From assembly GCA_963726265.1 (NCBI GenBank), contig CAVSBQ010000002.1, positions 992,001-1,056,000 of the forward strand: a stretch of DNA of 64,000 nt. The letters are read 5' to 3'. The DNA comes from Candidatus Aenigmatarchaeota archaeon. Lineage in GTDB: Archaea > Aenigmatarchaeota > Aenigmatarchaeia > QMZP01 > QMZT01. The notes below the pieces were generated by a model that was not told where the DNA came from, did not search any database, and worked only from the letters and a program-made list of their open reading frames with translations. The stretch's first letter is position 1; the number at the start of each line of letters is the position of its first letter. This document shows positions 1-10,801 of the stretch, piece after piece. A program made the translations under genes and the position numbers.

Positions 1-296
1 ACGGTGCTCTCGTCGACCGGGAGCATCTTCTTCTCGTTCGAAAAGAACAGGTTAATCTTGGCGAAGTCCGCCGCAGGCTTGCTCTTGCTGCCGTGGAAGA
101 TGAGGTCCTGCGCCTTCTTCGCGCGCAGGTGTCTCGAAGACGTGCGGCCGAGGACGAAGGCTATTGCGTCTCCGCAATTCGATTTGCCGCAGCCGTTCGG
201 GCCCGTGACCACGACGAAGTTCGACGGGAACGATATGGTGATGGGCCGCTTGAACGACTTGAAGCCCTGGAGCGATACCTTTTCCAGCCTTATCAT
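1..296 (-). CDS. smc: Chromosome segregation protein SMC, N-terminal part (runs off window)
   Basis: Not in the ORF track. Manual translation from ATG at 296 gives MIRLEKVSLQGFKSFKRPITISFPSNFVVVTGPNGCGKSNCGDAIAFVLG...LRA, which has the GFKSF motif and Walker A of SMC. Confidence 0.93.
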   Translation of the reverse strand, partial: MIRLEKVSLQGFKSFKRPITISFPSNFVVVTGPNGCGKSNCGDAIAFVLGRTSSRHLRAKKAQDLIFHGSKSKPAADFAKINLFFSNEKKMLPVDEST

Positions 297-350
297 AAAA
301 TGACCAACCGCAACCTCTTTTATACCAATATATTATATACACATGCGAAC

Positions 351-662
351 TTATTTATTTCTGCGTCGCGAGCCGCGCGGAACAGGACCCGCCACCAAAT
401 TAAGAATGTAACATTCCATTTTCGCAAGCACAGGCAGCCTTCTGCTTTTTTCCCAGTCAGGTATAACCTGCTTGTCTTCCATGCGGTTCAAGTGCCATTT
501 GTATTCAAACTGGTATTTGTCAGTGATGTCTGCCTTTTGCGGCGGCTCATTCAGATAACCCATGTTGTTTGTTACCACGGCCTCGATGATTTGTTGAATT
601 GGCCGGTAACACCAGATGGTGCCCTTGATGTCATCAAGATTATATTTATTTCTATAACCCAT
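351..662 (-). CDS. Hypothetical protein (AT-rich solo gene)
   Basis: 103-aa ORF filling the gap between smc and the PIN gene; no recognisable motif. Confidence 0.5.
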   Translation of the reverse strand: MGYRNKYNLDDIKGTIWCYRPIQQIIEAVVTNNMGYLNEPPQKADITDKYQFEYKWHLNRMEDKQVIPDWEKSRRLPVLAKMECYILNLVAGPVPRGSRRRNK

Positions 663-713
663 GATATCTATGAAAATCTAAAGTTTTTTATTTACACATG
701 TCAACATCTCGTC

Positions 714-1103
714 ATGAAAGCCCTTCTCGACACGAATTTCCTCATGATACCCGGCGAATTCAAGGTCGACATCTTCTCCGAGCTGCTCTCGCTCGGCTAC
801 AGCGAGGTATACACGCTCGACCTCATCGTGAAGGAGCTGGAGAAATTCTCTACCAAGGGCGGCAGGGTTTCGAAGGCCGCGCGCATCGCGCTGCAACTGG
901 TAAAAAACTGCGGCGTCGTCGTGCTCGAGACGAAAGGTGATATCGCGCAGGTCGACCTGGAGCTGTTCACGCTCGCGAGAAATAAAGGCTACGTCATCTG
1001 CACGCAGGACAGGGAGCTGCTGCAAAAGGCGAGGAACGCGGGCATGCGCTTCATCACGCTGCGCCAGAAGAAGTATCTGGTCGAGGCCGGCGGGGATTTC
1101 TAG
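714..1103 (+). CDS. PIN-domain protein, Fcf1/Utp24-like rRNA-processing family
   Basis: MKALLDTNFLM...VKELEK...VD...ICTQDRELL...ITLRQKKYL. The start is placed at ATG 714, not the ORF-track start at 93. Confidence 0.88.
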   Translation: MKALLDTNFLMIPGEFKVDIFSELLSLGYSEVYTLDLIVKELEKFSTKGGRVSKAARIALQLVKNCGVVVLETKGDIAQVDLELFTLARNKGYVICTQDRELLQKARNAGMRFITLRQKKYLVEAGGDF

Positions 1104-1138
1104 CTGGTTTTTTTAGGCGCTAAACCAATTCAGATTCT

Positions 1139-1792
1139 ATGAGGTACAAGCTCGTTGCCTTCGACCTCGACGGGACGCTCGCCGACGGCACGGATTCGGT
1201 CTGGGCGACGCTCCACGAATTCTTCGGCATCAAGAATCATCCGAGGCGACTGGAGCTCCGCAAGAAGTTCTGGGCGGGCAAAATAGATTACACGACATGG
1301 GCCGTCGAGGACCTGAAGCTGCTGAAAGAGCACGGAGCAAACAAAAAAACCGTCATGCAGGCCATCGCGCCCTTCCGCCTCATGAAAGGCGCGCGCGAGA
1401 CGCTGGAACGGCTGAAAAAAGATGGATACAAACTCGCTATCGTTTCCGGCAGCTTCCAGATAGTCCTCGAAAAGGTGATGCCGGACTACAAACGTTTTTT
1501 CGATTACGTTTACATAAGCCGCATTTTCTTCAGCAGGAACGGCGGCATAAGAGAGATAGAAGCGAAGCACGACTTCAAGAACAAGAGCAAGTCGCTGCTC
1601 GAGATATGCAGAAAAGAAAAGATAAAACCAGAGGATTGTGTCTTTGTCGGTGACCACGACAACGACGTGGACATCGCGAAAATCGCCGGCTTCTCCATCG
1701 CCTTCAACTCGAAGTCAGAAAAGCTGAACGCAGTCTGCGACGCCGTGATAAGGAAGAAGGACCTGCGCGAAATCCTGAAATACGCTGTCTAG
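1139..1792 (+). CDS. HAD-family phosphatase, phosphoserine phosphatase SerB-like
   Basis: Motif I FDLDGTL, motif II VSGS, motif IV VGDHDND. Confidence 0.85.
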   Translation: MRYKLVAFDLDGTLADGTDSVWATLHEFFGIKNHPRRLELRKKFWAGKIDYTTWAVEDLKLLKEHGANKKTVMQAIAPFRLMKGARETLERLKKDGYKLAIVSGSFQIVLEKVMPDYKRFFDYVYISRIFFSRNGGIREIEAKHDFKNKSKSLLEICRKEKIKPEDCVFVGDHDNDVDIAKIAGFSIAFNSKSEKLNAVCDAVIRKKDLREILKYAV

Positions 1793-1798
1793 TTTTTG

Positions 1799-3046
1799 CT
1801 ACATCCACAGGAACTGTAGCAGGACGTGCGCGACCAGCACGGCTATGACGGAGAAGGGAAGGCTTATTTTCATGTAATCCTTGAGCTTTATCTTGTAGCC
1901 GCGCTTTTCGAGCATGCCGCAGGCGAAGACGTTCGCCGTCGCCCCGACCGGCGTGATGTTGCCTCCAATGCCCGTGCCTATGAGCATGCCGAAAATTAAC
2001 GGGAACGGGTTGACGCCCATGACTGCCGCGATCTGGTTGCAGACGGGTATCATCAGGACGGTGAATGGGACGTTGTCTATGAACGACGAAGCCGCCACAG
2101 ATAACCAGATTATTATCGCCAGCATGACGGACGCGTTGGTTATACCGAGGCCGCCTATGCCGTTCACGAAGTCGGAAAGCAGGCCTGTGATTTCCAGCGA
2201 CCCGATTACGACGAAAATGCCGGTTATGAAGAAGAACGAGTTCCAGTCGAATTCCTTCATCATCTTTTTGGCTTTCCTACCGCCGACGAGAAGGGCGACG
2301 ATTCCCACGATAACCCCGACGACGCCCGGCGTTACGCCAGCGTAAGAGCTCGCCGCCAGCGCAATGACGCCCGCCACGAAAACGACCGAAGGCACGTAGT
2401 CGACCTTTATCTTCTCGCGGGCAATTTTCACAGGCTTGTTCATCTTTCTGAACGTGTAAAGCAGGCTTAGCAGCGCGGCGACGACGCCGAAAAACGTTAT
2501 GACACCCAGGCCCAGCCTTCCCTGGAACCAGTAGAAATCGAAGAACTTCATGCCCGTCGATATGGCCATCACCAGCGCTGGCGGATCGGCGATCATGGTT
2601 ATGGTGGTCACGACGTTCGAGCTTATCGCGATCGCGATCAAGTAGGGGAAGAGACTGGACTTCAGCTTCCTCGCCATCTCTATCGCGATGGGCGCCATCA
2701 TGAGGACCGTCCCGACGTTCTCCATGAAGGACGAGATGAGGGCGGTTATGGCGCACAGCGCAAGCAGGGCGTATTTCTCCTTTTTGACATTGTTCACTAC
2801 CTTGTCGGCTATTAATGTCGGCATCCGACTCTCCATGAAGATCATCGAGACCATCATGAAACCCCAGTAGATGCCGAGGACGTCCCATTTTATCAGGCTG
2901 AAGAAAGCGATTTGCGGCGCGGCGATGCCCAGGAGGACGATGAGGCCGGCGGAAGCGAGGGAGATGTAGGCCAGCTTGACCTTCCTCGATATCGCGAGCG
3001 AATAGCAGGCTATGAATATCGCGAGAACGATTATTTTCTCGATCAT
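1799..3046 (-). CDS. ArsB/NhaD/CitMHS (IT superfamily) ion or anion permease
   Basis: Polytopic membrane protein with SSFMENV, IADPP, SSFIDNVPF and GIGGNITPVGATANV motifs. Confidence 0.85.
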   Translation of the reverse strand: MIEKIIVLAIFIACYSLAISRKVKLAYISLASAGLIVLLGIAAPQIAFFSLIKWDVLGIYWGFMMVSMIFMESRMPTLIADKVVNNVKKEKYALLALCAITALISSFMENVGTVLMMAPIAIEMARKLKSSLFPYLIAIAISSNVVTTITMIADPPALVMAISTGMKFFDFYWFQGRLGLGVITFFGVVAALLSLLYTFRKMNKPVKIAREKIKVDYVPSVVFVAGVIALAASSYAGVTPGVVGVIVGIVALLVGGRKAKKMMKEFDWNSFFFITGIFVVIGSLEITGLLSDFVNGIGGLGITNASVMLAIIIWLSVAASSFIDNVPFTVLMIPVCNQIAAVMGVNPFPLIFGMLIGTGIGGNITPVGATANVFACGMLEKRGYKIKLKDYMKISLPFSVIAVLVAHVLLQFLWM

Positions 3047-3199
3047 AAATAATTAATATTAAACGGGATTCCGCTTATATATGAAACGACATGGAATGTC
3101 TATCTTATAAGTCACCGATGCGAAAAGTTTAAAAACAATGGCGTGAAGATAATAAGAAAAATAAAATTTCGCATAAAATTTTGACAGGGAGGGGTTCGG

Positions 3200-5164
3200 A
3201 TGGCTCTTGATCTCTTGCTCATCGCTCTGGGAAGCGGCATATTCTCTATTCTTGTCGCGCTGCTTATCGCGTGGCGGGTTAACAGGTATGACAAGGGCAA
3301 CGACAGGATGAACGAGATCGCGGGCCACATAAGGACCGGCGCCTACGCCTTTCTGAGAAGGCAGTACAAGACGATCGCCATAATCGGCGTGATAGTCGCC
3401 GTCCTGCTTGGAATTTTCTTTTCGTGGCAGACGGGCTTCGCCTTCATTCTCGGCGTCGCAGCCTCGTTAGTCGCCGGCTTCCTCGGCATGGACGTCGCGA
3501 CCCGCGCGAACATTCGCACCGCAAACGCGGCGAGGAAAAGCCTGAATGCGGCCATAAAGGTTTCGTTTCTGGGCGGGCTCGTCATGGGCCTCGCGGTCAT
3601 GGGGCTTAGCCTCATCGGCGTGACTTCGTTATACATGCTTTTCGGCGACCCCAAGATGATCGTGGGCTTCGGCTTCGGCGCGTCGCTCGCCGCGCTGTTC
3701 GCGCAGCTGGGCGGCGGCATTTACACGAAAGCGGCTGACATAGGCGCCGATTTGGTCGGCAAGGTGGAAAAAGGGATTCCTGAAGACGACCCGCGCAACC
3801 CGGCCGTCATAGCCGACCTCGTCGGAGACAACGTCGGCGACTGCGCGGGACGCGGCGCCGACCTGTTCGAATCCATAACCGCCGAGAACATCGGAGCCAT
3901 GGTGCTCGGCATCGCCTTCATGCCGGTGTTCGGCATCTACGGCATAATTTTCCCGCTCCTTGCAAGGTCCGTCGGCATATACGCGACTATGATAGGCTCG
4001 TTCTTCGTGAGGGGGAAAGAGGGCCAGAACCCGATGCGCGCCCTATGGAAGGGCCTGATCGTGACCGCGGTGATAGCGGGCATAGCCTTCTACCCGCTGG
4101 TGATGAGCACGCTTGGCAACGTAAACTATTATTACATATCACTGATAGGCATCGTCTCCAGCATACTGATAGCGCTCATAACGGAATACTACACGGCCAA
4201 GCATCACAGACCGGTGAGGAGCATCGCGAGATCGTCGCACACGGGCGCGGCCACCAACATCATAACCGGCTTCGCCGTCGCGCTCGAGGCCGCGGCGCTT
4301 CCCGTCGTTGTCATATGCATGGCGCTGCTCGCGTCGTTCATGCTCGGCGGCATCTACGGGACGGCGGTCGCGACCATGGGAATGCTGGCGACGACCGGCA
4401 TGATACTCGCCATGGACGTCTTCGGCCCGATAACCGACAACGCTGGCGGCATAGTGGAAATGTCGAAGCTCGACGAGAAGACGCGCCATCGCACGGACAG
4501 CCTCGACGCCGTGGGCAACACGACCAAAGCGCTTACGAAAGGGTATGCGATGGGCGTCGCAGCGCTCTCGGCGTTCCTGCTGTTCTCCGCGTATTTCGAG
4601 GTTGCGGGCCTCACCTCGATAGACGTAGCCAAGCCGACGGTCTTCGTCGGCGCTTTCCTCGGCGCGCTTCTGCCGTTCCTGTTCTCCTCGCTCGCCATAA
4701 GGGCGGTCGGGAAAGCGGCGGAGGACATGATCAACGAGGTCCGCCGCCAGTTCAAGCACATACCAGGCCTCATGAAAGGCAAGGCCGAACCGGACTACGC
4801 CAAATGCGTTGACATAAGCGTGCGCGCATCGCTGCGCGAGATGATACTGCCCGGCCTTCTGGTGGTAGTGGCGCCGATAGTCGTCGGCGTATGGCTCAGG
4901 GCGGAGGCCGCGGGCGGCTTCCTTATCGGCGCGACAATTTCCGGCATACTGCTCGCCATGACCATGAACACGGGCGGAGGCGCCTGGGACAACGCCAAGA
5001 AGCATCTCGAGGCGGAGGGCCACAGGGGCACGGATGCGCATAAGGCGTCGGTGGTAGGCGACACGGTCGGCGACCCGTTCAAGGATACGGCCGGCCCAAG
5101 CCTGCACGTGCTGGTCAAGCTGCTCAACACGCTCGCGCTGATTTTCGTAGTGTTTTTCATATAG
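3200..5164 (+). CDS. hppA: Membrane-bound pyrophosphatase, K+-independent (H+-translocating) type
   Basis: [24 protein letters not shown] and GDPFKD motifs. The subtype signature is GNTTKA (Lys), with DCAGRGADLFES. Confidence 0.95.
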   Translation: MALDLLLIALGSGIFSILVALLIAWRVNRYDKGNDRMNEIAGHIRTGAYAFLRRQYKTIAIIGVIVAVLLGIFFSWQTGFAFILGVAASLVAGFLGMDVATRANIRTANAARKSLNAAIKVSFLGGLVMGLAVMGLSLIGVTSLYMLFGDPKMIVGFGFGASLAALFAQLGGGIYTKAADIGADLVGKVEKGIPEDDPRNPAVIADLVGDNVGDCAGRGADLFESITAENIGAMVLGIAFMPVFGIYGIIFPLLARSVGIYATMIGSFFVRGKEGQNPMRALWKGLIVTAVIAGIAFYPLVMSTLGNVNYYYISLIGIVSSILIALITEYYTAKHHRPVRSIARSSHTGAATNIITGFAVALEAAALPVVVICMALLASFMLGGIYGTAVATMGMLATTGMILAMDVFGPITDNAGGIVEMSKLDEKTRHRTDSLDAVGNTTKALTKGYAMGVAALSAFLLFSAYFEVAGLTSIDVAKPTVFVGAFLGALLPFLFSSLAIRAVGKAAEDMINEVRRQFKHIPGLMKGKAEPDYAKCVDISVRASLREMILPGLLVVVAPIVVGVWLRAEAAGGFLIGATISGILLAMTMNTGGGAWDNAKKHLEAEGHRGTDAHKASVVGDTVGDPFKDTAGPSLHVLVKLLNTLALIFVVFFI

Positions 5165-5248
5165 CGCTGAAACAGGCAATTTCATATAAAGGGCGGCGCA
5201 CAATTATTATATTGAGGGTTACTTTCATCAGCGATGGGAGGGATGTTC

Positions 5249-7216
5249 ATGGAGTTTCTGGAGGCGTTCGTCTGGATATCCGGCATAATCGCCCTTGTTT
5301 TCGCAGGCTACCTTGCATGGTCGCTTAAGAAGAAGCCGCACGGCGACGACAAGATGAAGGAGATAGGCGGGCTCGTCCACAGAGGCGCCATGACATACCT
5401 GAGCAAGCAGTATAAGATCCTCACGGTCTTCGTCATCGCCATGGCAGTCGTCCTCCTCGTGGCCGTTAACAGGGAAACTGCCGCCTCGTTCATACTCGGC
5501 GCGTTCTTCTCCGCGCTCACTGGCAACATAGGCATGCGCATCGCGACGACCTCCAACTCGAAAACGGCGGAAGGCTGCAGGAAAAGCCTTAACGACGGTC
5601 TGCGCGTCGCGTTCTCTTCGGGGACGGTCATGGGCATGTGCGTCGTGGGCATAGGCCTGCTCGGCGTCGCGCTGCTTTATTTTGTTTTCGGCAGCCCGCA
5701 GATAATCTACGGCTTCGGCTTCGGCGCGTCGTCCATCGCGCTCTTCGCCAGGGTCGGAGGCGGGATATTCACGAAGGCCGCGGATGTCGGCGCTGACTTA
5801 GTCGGCAAGGTCGAGAAAGGCATTCCTGAAGACGACCCGAGAAACCCGGCCGTCATAGCCGACCTCGTCGGCGACAACGTCGGCGACGTCGCGGGCATGG
5901 GCGCCGACCTTTTCGAGAGCTATGTCAATTCCATAATAGCGGCGATGGCGATAGGCGTCATTTTCTCGTCTTTCCAGGGAGCCATGCTCCCGCTCGCGCT
6001 CGCAGCGCTCGGCATCCTCGCTTCAGTCGCGGGAACGCTGTTCGTCAGGACCAGCGGGCGCACGGGAGTGAAAGGCGCCATATCGGCCTTCAACAAGGGC
6101 ATCTTCGCCTCTTCGGCAATAATGTTCGTGCTTTCCTACTTCCTCATAGCCTACGCGGGCGCGCAGGTCGGCGTGTGGTACGCGACCGTCACCGGCCTTG
6201 TAGTCGGCGTGGTCATAGGCCTCGCGACCGAATATTACACCTCGAAGGACAGGGGGCCCACGCAGGGCATCGCCGAGGCGTCGCAGACCGGCGCCGGGAC
6301 GAACGTCATAAAAGGCCTCGCCGTCGGCATGAAGAGCACGTTCATCCCGGTCATGGCAGTCGGGGCGGCGATACTCATCTCGTATTATTTCGCCGGCTTT
6401 TACGGCATCGCCATCGCAGCGGTAGGCATGCTTTCAACCCTCGGCATCACGCTCGCTACGGACACCTACGGCCCGGTCGCCGACAACGCAGCCGGCATTT
6501 CAGAAATGGCAGGCCTCGAGGACGAAATCAGGGAGCACGCGGAGACCCTCGATTCCGTCGGTAACACGACCGCCGCGATGGGCAAGGGCTTCGCAATCGC
6601 TTCGGCAGCGCTCACAGCGCTCGCGTTGTTCGTGACGTTCTCGCAGACCTTCGGCATTTCGTCGATGTCGCTCACCAACCCCTATGTGGTGACCGGACTG
6701 TTCCTCGGCGCGCTGCTGCCGTTCCTGTTCTCCTCTTACGCGATGGACGCGGTCGGCAAGACGGCCATGAAGATAGTGGATGAAGTCCGCCGCCAGTTCA
6801 GGGAAATACCGGGCCTCATGAAAGGCAAGGCGCAGCCCGACTACAAACGCTGCATAGAGATCTCCACGCAGGCTTCGCTCAGGGAGATGATAATCCCAGG
6901 TTCGATGGCGATAGCCGCCCCCCTGCTGGTAGGCTTTTTGCTCGGGCCAGGAGCGCTCGGCGGCCTGCTCGCGGGCGCGACTGCGACCGGCTTCCTGCTG
7001 GCCGTCATGATGGCCAACGCCGGAGGCGCCTGGGACAACGCTAAGAAATACATAGAAGCTGGCAATCTCGGCGGCAAGGGCAGCGACACGCACAAGGCCG
7101 CGGTCGTCGGCGACACGGTTGGCGACCCGTTCAAGGACACGGCCGGCCCGAGCCTGAACATACTAATCAAGCTGATGTCGATCGTCGCTCTCGTCTTCGC
7201 GCCGCTGTTCCTTTGA
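5249..7216 (+). CDS. hppA: Membrane-bound pyrophosphatase, K+-dependent type (likely Na+-translocating)
   Basis: Same catalytic motifs. The subtype signature is [10 protein letters not shown] (Ala/Gly), with [17 protein letters not shown] Shine-Dalgarno-like site precedes ATG 5249; alternative start 5234. Confidence 0.93.
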   Translation: MEFLEAFVWISGIIALVFAGYLAWSLKKKPHGDDKMKEIGGLVHRGAMTYLSKQYKILTVFVIAMAVVLLVAVNRETAASFILGAFFSALTGNIGMRIATTSNSKTAEGCRKSLNDGLRVAFSSGTVMGMCVVGIGLLGVALLYFVFGSPQIIYGFGFGASSIALFARVGGGIFTKAADVGADLVGKVEKGIPEDDPRNPAVIADLVGDNVGDVAGMGADLFESYVNSIIAAMAIGVIFSSFQGAMLPLALAALGILASVAGTLFVRTSGRTGVKGAISAFNKGIFASSAIMFVLSYFLIAYAGAQVGVWYATVTGLVVGVVIGLATEYYTSKDRGPTQGIAEASQTGAGTNVIKGLAVGMKSTFIPVMAVGAAILISYYFAGFYGIAIAAVGMLSTLGITLATDTYGPVADNAAGISEMAGLEDEIREHAETLDSVGNTTAAMGKGFAIASAALTALALFVTFSQTFGISSMSLTNPYVVTGLFLGALLPFLFSSYAMDAVGKTAMKIVDEVRRQFREIPGLMKGKAQPDYKRCIEISTQASLREMIIPGSMAIAAPLLVGFLLGPGALGGLLAGATATGFLLAVMMANAGGAWDNAKKYIEAGNLGGKGSDTHKAAVVGDTVGDPFKDTAGPSLNILIKLMSIVALVFAPLFL

Positions 7217-7221
7217 CTGAA

Positions 7222-7268
7222 GCGGAAACAAAATAAAAAAGAGAAAAAAAGAAAGATTTTTATTTTTT
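7222..7268. terminator. Likely bidirectional oligo-T terminator between convergent genes
   Basis: An A-rich tract followed by a T-rich tract lies between the stops of hppA copy 2 (+) and the membrane ORF (-). Confidence 0.5.
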
Positions 7269-7686
7269 ACTTCAGCGTTTTCGCGAATATCAGCCCTGCG
7301 CATATTGCCTGGACCAAGCTGCTGACGCTCCAGCTCTCCACCATGACCAGCGATACCGGGAAGCTGCTGTAGGACATGGCCATCCCCGGGATCGTGATTA
7401 TCCAGTACACGATGCCGAAAAACGCGCCCTTCTTCAGTGCGTCCGTCTCCTTTATCTTGTCCTTCAGGTTAAGCCACAGCCACGCAAGTATGAGGCCGGT
7501 CGCGAAAGGCACTGCATAATACAGCGACATCAGCGGGTCTGACCATGGGCGGAAGAGCGCAGGATTGTAGTATTCCGCGGCCAGGCCAGGGAACGCGACG
7601 GAGAATATCTGCCCCACCACCATTCCCGCCACCAGCATCACCAGGCCTGCGAGAAGGCCGAAAACAACCGCATTCGTCTTCATCAT
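7267..7686 (-). CDS. Small four-TM membrane protein
   Basis: Four hydrophobic segments; GGAGGTG Shine-Dalgarno upstream. Confidence 0.75.
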   Translation of the reverse strand: MMKTNAVVFGLLAGLVMLVAGMVVGQIFSVAFPGLAAEYYNPALFRPWSDPLMSLYYAVPFATGLILAWLWLNLKDKIKETDALKKGAFFGIVYWIITIPGMAMSYSSFPVSLVMVESWSVSSLVQAICAGLIFAKTLK

Positions 7687-7768
7687 GACACCTCCTGTAT
7701 AAATTTTATCCCATCTCCCTTTTAACTTTTAAGCTAAAACTTTTTAATCAGGCCATTTAATTCTACTC

Positions 7769-8806
7769 ATGCTCGTCGGCGGCAGGCATTATCGCAGCGT
7801 GTGGCTAGAAGGCGGAAGCGTCAAGATCATCAACCAGGTTCTTTTGCCCCACAGGTTCGAAATCGCCAGCCTGCGCAGGCCCGATGAAATCACCCGCGCG
7901 ATAAGGACGATGATGGTGCGCGGGGCGCCGGCAATCGGCGCGGCGGCGGCGTATGGCATGGCGCTAGGCATTTACAACGCTCCGCAGAAAGGCTTTGAGA
8001 GGCGTATCGCGGACATCGAAAAGGCGCTCAAGGCCGCGAGACCAACGGCGTATGATTTATTCCACGGCGTTGATTTCGTTCTCGAATCCCTGGAAAAAGC
8101 CGCTTCGAAGGACATGCGGACAAAAAGGAAGCTCGCTCTTAAGGCGGCGGAAGCGTATGCCAACGCTTCCATCGACGCGTGCAGGAAGATAGGCGAGCAC
8201 GGCTCGAAACTAATCAAAAATAATTTCAGAATCGCCACGCACTGCAACGCGGGCTGGGTCGCGTGCGTGGACTGGGGGACCGCGCTCTCGCCCATATACT
8301 TCGCCAGCCGCCAGGGCAAAAAGATTTTCGTTTACGTCGACGAAACCCGCCCGCGCCTCCAGGGAGCGAAGCTCACTTCATGGGAGCTGCTTAACGAAGG
8401 CGTAGCCCACGCCGTCATCGCGGACAACGCCCTCGGCCATTACATGCGGCGCGGCGAAATAGACATGATGCTCGTCGGCGCGGATCGCATCGCCATGAAT
8501 GGCGACTTCGCGAACAAGATAGGCACGTATGAAAAGGCCGTCATAGCGAAGGAAAACAAAATCCCATTCTACGTCGCCGCCCCGTCAAGCACCTTCGATT
8601 TCAAATGCAAATCCGGCGAGGCCATACCAATCGAGGAGCGGGACGAAAGCGAGGTCCACTTCATCGAAGAAAAGCGCATAACCCCGGAGGGAGCGAGGGC
8701 GATGAACCCCGCCTTCGACGTCACGCCCGCGCGATACGTCACGGCCTTCATCACCGAGAGGGGCGTCATGAAGCCCGGCGCCATAAAACGCGCCTACAGG
8801 AAATAA
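7769..8806 (+). CDS. mtnA: S-methyl-5-thioribose-1-phosphate isomerase
   Basis: VRGAPAIG, RPTA, THCNAG, DETRPRLQGAKLT, GADRI and NKIGT motifs. Confidence 0.93.
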   Translation: MLVGGRHYRSVWLEGGSVKIINQVLLPHRFEIASLRRPDEITRAIRTMMVRGAPAIGAAAAYGMALGIYNAPQKGFERRIADIEKALKAARPTAYDLFHGVDFVLESLEKAASKDMRTKRKLALKAAEAYANASIDACRKIGEHGSKLIKNNFRIATHCNAGWVACVDWGTALSPIYFASRQGKKIFVYVDETRPRLQGAKLTSWELLNEGVAHAVIADNALGHYMRRGEIDMMLVGADRIAMNGDFANKIGTYEKAVIAKENKIPFYVAAPSSTFDFKCKSGEAIPIEERDESEVHFIEEKRITPEGARAMNPAFDVTPARYVTAFITERGVMKPGAIKRAYRK

Positions 8807-8840
8807 CTTTCCGCAGCTGGAATCTTTAAATAGTTCTAAA

Positions 8841-8858
8841 ATATAACATATGTTATAT
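8841..8858. promoter_or_regulatory. 18-bp perfect palindrome overlapping the antitoxin start codon (probable operator)
   Basis: ATATAACATATGTTATAT, downstream of a TTTAAA TATA box at about 8825. Confidence 0.7.
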
Positions 8859-9471
8859 GAAGAAACCATATAGTCTTAAAAGAGAACAAAAGTTGTATAA
8901 TGTCGAAACCGCAAGGCAGAAAGTTATCGAATTTCTGTTCAGATATCCTGAAAAGGAGTTCAGCCTCAGCGATCTTGCCAAAGAGGCTGGAGTGGCAAAG
9001 GCCAACATAGGCAGAATTATAGAAGAATTTCGTGCAGCGGGTTTTATAGAAATCGAAAAACTTAGCAAAATATGGAGAATAAAAGCAAACACGAGAAATC
9101 CTGACTTTGTAAACGGTAAAGTGCTATACAACCTAAGCCAGATATACAATAGCAACTTTGTCGCTTTTCTTGACGATTATTTCGGAAATCCGAAGGCCAT
9201 CGTTTTGTTTGGCAGTTTCAGAAGAGGTGAAGACAATTCTGCTTCGGACATTGACATAGCGATAGAAACGGATGAAACAAAGAGGTATCAGACAATGAGC
9301 CTTAAAGAAGTTGTTGGCAAAGACCTCAAAAAAGATGTTGAAAAATTTGAAGGCGATATTGGAAGAAAAATACAGCTTCACATGTTCAACAGGAAGAGCG
9401 TCGACCTGAACGTTTTCAATAACATAGCCAACGGCATCGTTTTATCAGGCTTTCTGGAGGTACGGCCATGA
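8857..9471 (+). CDS. HTH plus minimal nucleotidyltransferase (MNT) antitoxin
   Basis: N-terminal wHTH (SLSDLAKEAGVAKANIGR) and an LFGSFRRGED..SDIDI motif. Confidence 0.88.
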   Translation: MKKPYSLKREQKLYNVETARQKVIEFLFRYPEKEFSLSDLAKEAGVAKANIGRIIEEFRAAGFIEIEKLSKIWRIKANTRNPDFVNGKVLYNLSQIYNSNFVAFLDDYFGNPKAIVLFGSFRRGEDNSASDIDIAIETDETKRYQTMSLKEVVGKDLKKDVEKFEGDIGRKIQLHMFNRKSVDLNVFNNIANGIVLSGFLEVRP

Positions 9472-9902
9472 GAAAAGATATGATAGACAATCTGGTTAAA
9501 ATCGGCGAGCTCAGGATAAGACAAAAGGATGCCGAAAAAATAAAATCAATCATAAAATCAGCTGAAAACACGGCAGGCGTGGTAAAAAGCATCAAACTGG
9601 ACGAAAACAGCGCCACCGTGATATTCAGGGAAATGTACGAAGCGATAAGACAGCTTGGCGATGCGAAATGGTGGCTGCTGGGCTTTGAACCGCTAAATCA
9701 TGATATCAGTCTCGAAATCCTCAAGGAGTTGGACATAAAGGAAAAATTCAGGCTCAATTTCCTGAAACGATTCAAGAAGATAAGGCACGACGCCAATTAC
9801 AGGGGCTTCAGAGTCACAGCGTCCCAGGCCAAAGAACTGCTGGATTTCTGGGACATCTGCGGCAAGGAGATTATAACCATCCTGAAAAGGGAGCTGCTAT
9901 AA
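9468..9902 (+). CDS. HEPN-domain toxin
   Basis: ATGA overlap with the MNT gene; RHDANY motif (R-x4-Y variant). Confidence 0.75.
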   Translation: MRKDMIDNLVKIGELRIRQKDAEKIKSIIKSAENTAGVVKSIKLDENSATVIFREMYEAIRQLGDAKWWLLGFEPLNHDISLEILKELDIKEKFRLNFLKRFKKIRHDANYRGFRVTASQAKELLDFWDICGKEIITILKRELL

Positions 9903-9960
9903 CCTTTTTATTTCAGGAACGATTTCTTTATTTATCTATATTATCGCATTTTGGTCAGAG

Positions 9961-10758
9961 GTGATGTTTATGGACTGGGGCAAAAGCAATCGTTTGTCGA
10001 GGATAATCAGGCATGACGGCCATACCCTGATGCTCGCCATCGACCACGGTTATTTCCTCGGCCCGACGACGGGCCTGGAAAAGCCCGGGAAGACGATAAT
10101 GCCGCTTATTCCTTATGCGGACTGCCTGATGCCGACGCGCGGAGTCCTGCGCAACTGCATAGACCCGAAGATTGACATTCCTGTCGTGCTTCGAGTCTCC
10201 GGCGGAACGAGCATCGTGGGCAGGGAGCTTCTGCACGAAGGCATAACGGTCGCCATGAAGGACGCGGCCAGGCTCAACGTGGCGGGGGTCGCTTTCTCCA
10301 TAATGGTCGGCTCGGAATACGAGCGCAACACCATAATCGGGCTCTCGCAGGTCGTGGACCAGGCCGAGGAGTATGGAATCCCTGTCGTCGCCGTGACGGC
10401 GGTGGGGAAGGACATGGTGCGCGACGAGAAGTATCTCGCCCTCGCATCACGCATAGCCGCGGAACACGGCGCGAGCATAGTCAAGACGTATTACTGCGAC
10501 CGCTTCGAACGGGTCGTCGACACGTGCACCGTCCCCGTCGTGATAGCGGGCGGGAAGAAGCTGCCTGAGATGGAGGCGTTGGAGATGGCCTACAAGGCGA
10601 TACAGGCCGGCGCTGCCGGCGTGGACATGGGCCGCAACATCTTCCAGGCCGACGATCCCGTGGCGATGATAAAGGCCGTGAGGGCGATAGTCCACGACAA
10701 GGCGAACCCGAAGGAAGCTTACAGCATTCTCAAGGCGAACTCCAGGAAAAAGAAGTAA
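9961..10758 (+). CDS. lsrF: LsrF-like class I aldolase/thiolase (DeoC/FbaB family)
   Basis: [37 protein letters not shown] and [10 protein letters not shown] motifs. Confidence 0.88.
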   Translation: MMFMDWGKSNRLSRIIRHDGHTLMLAIDHGYFLGPTTGLEKPGKTIMPLIPYADCLMPTRGVLRNCIDPKIDIPVVLRVSGGTSIVGRELLHEGITVAMKDAARLNVAGVAFSIMVGSEYERNTIIGLSQVVDQAEEYGIPVVAVTAVGKDMVRDEKYLALASRIAAEHGASIVKTYYCDRFERVVDTCTVPVVIAGGKKLPEMEALEMAYKAIQAGAAGVDMGRNIFQADDPVAMIKAVRAIVHDKANPKEAYSILKANSRKKK

Positions 10759-10801
10759 GATGGAAAGGCAAAATCAAAGGTAAGGGTTTAGGGGTGATGG
10801 T

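Noticed and set aside
4..713. ORF-track entries 4..303 (+), 52..342 (-) and the long 5' extension of 93..1103
   Set aside because: They are shadows of smc on the - strand. The PIN protein begins at 714.
1650..1658. GGTGACCAC half-site inside the HAD phosphatase gene
   Set aside because: It encodes the G-D-H of motif IV and has no partner arm; a chance match.
3730..5890. High DNA similarity between the two hppA copies suggesting gene conversion
   Set aside because: It is limited to invariant catalytic motifs and synonymous sites differ, so protein conservation explains it.
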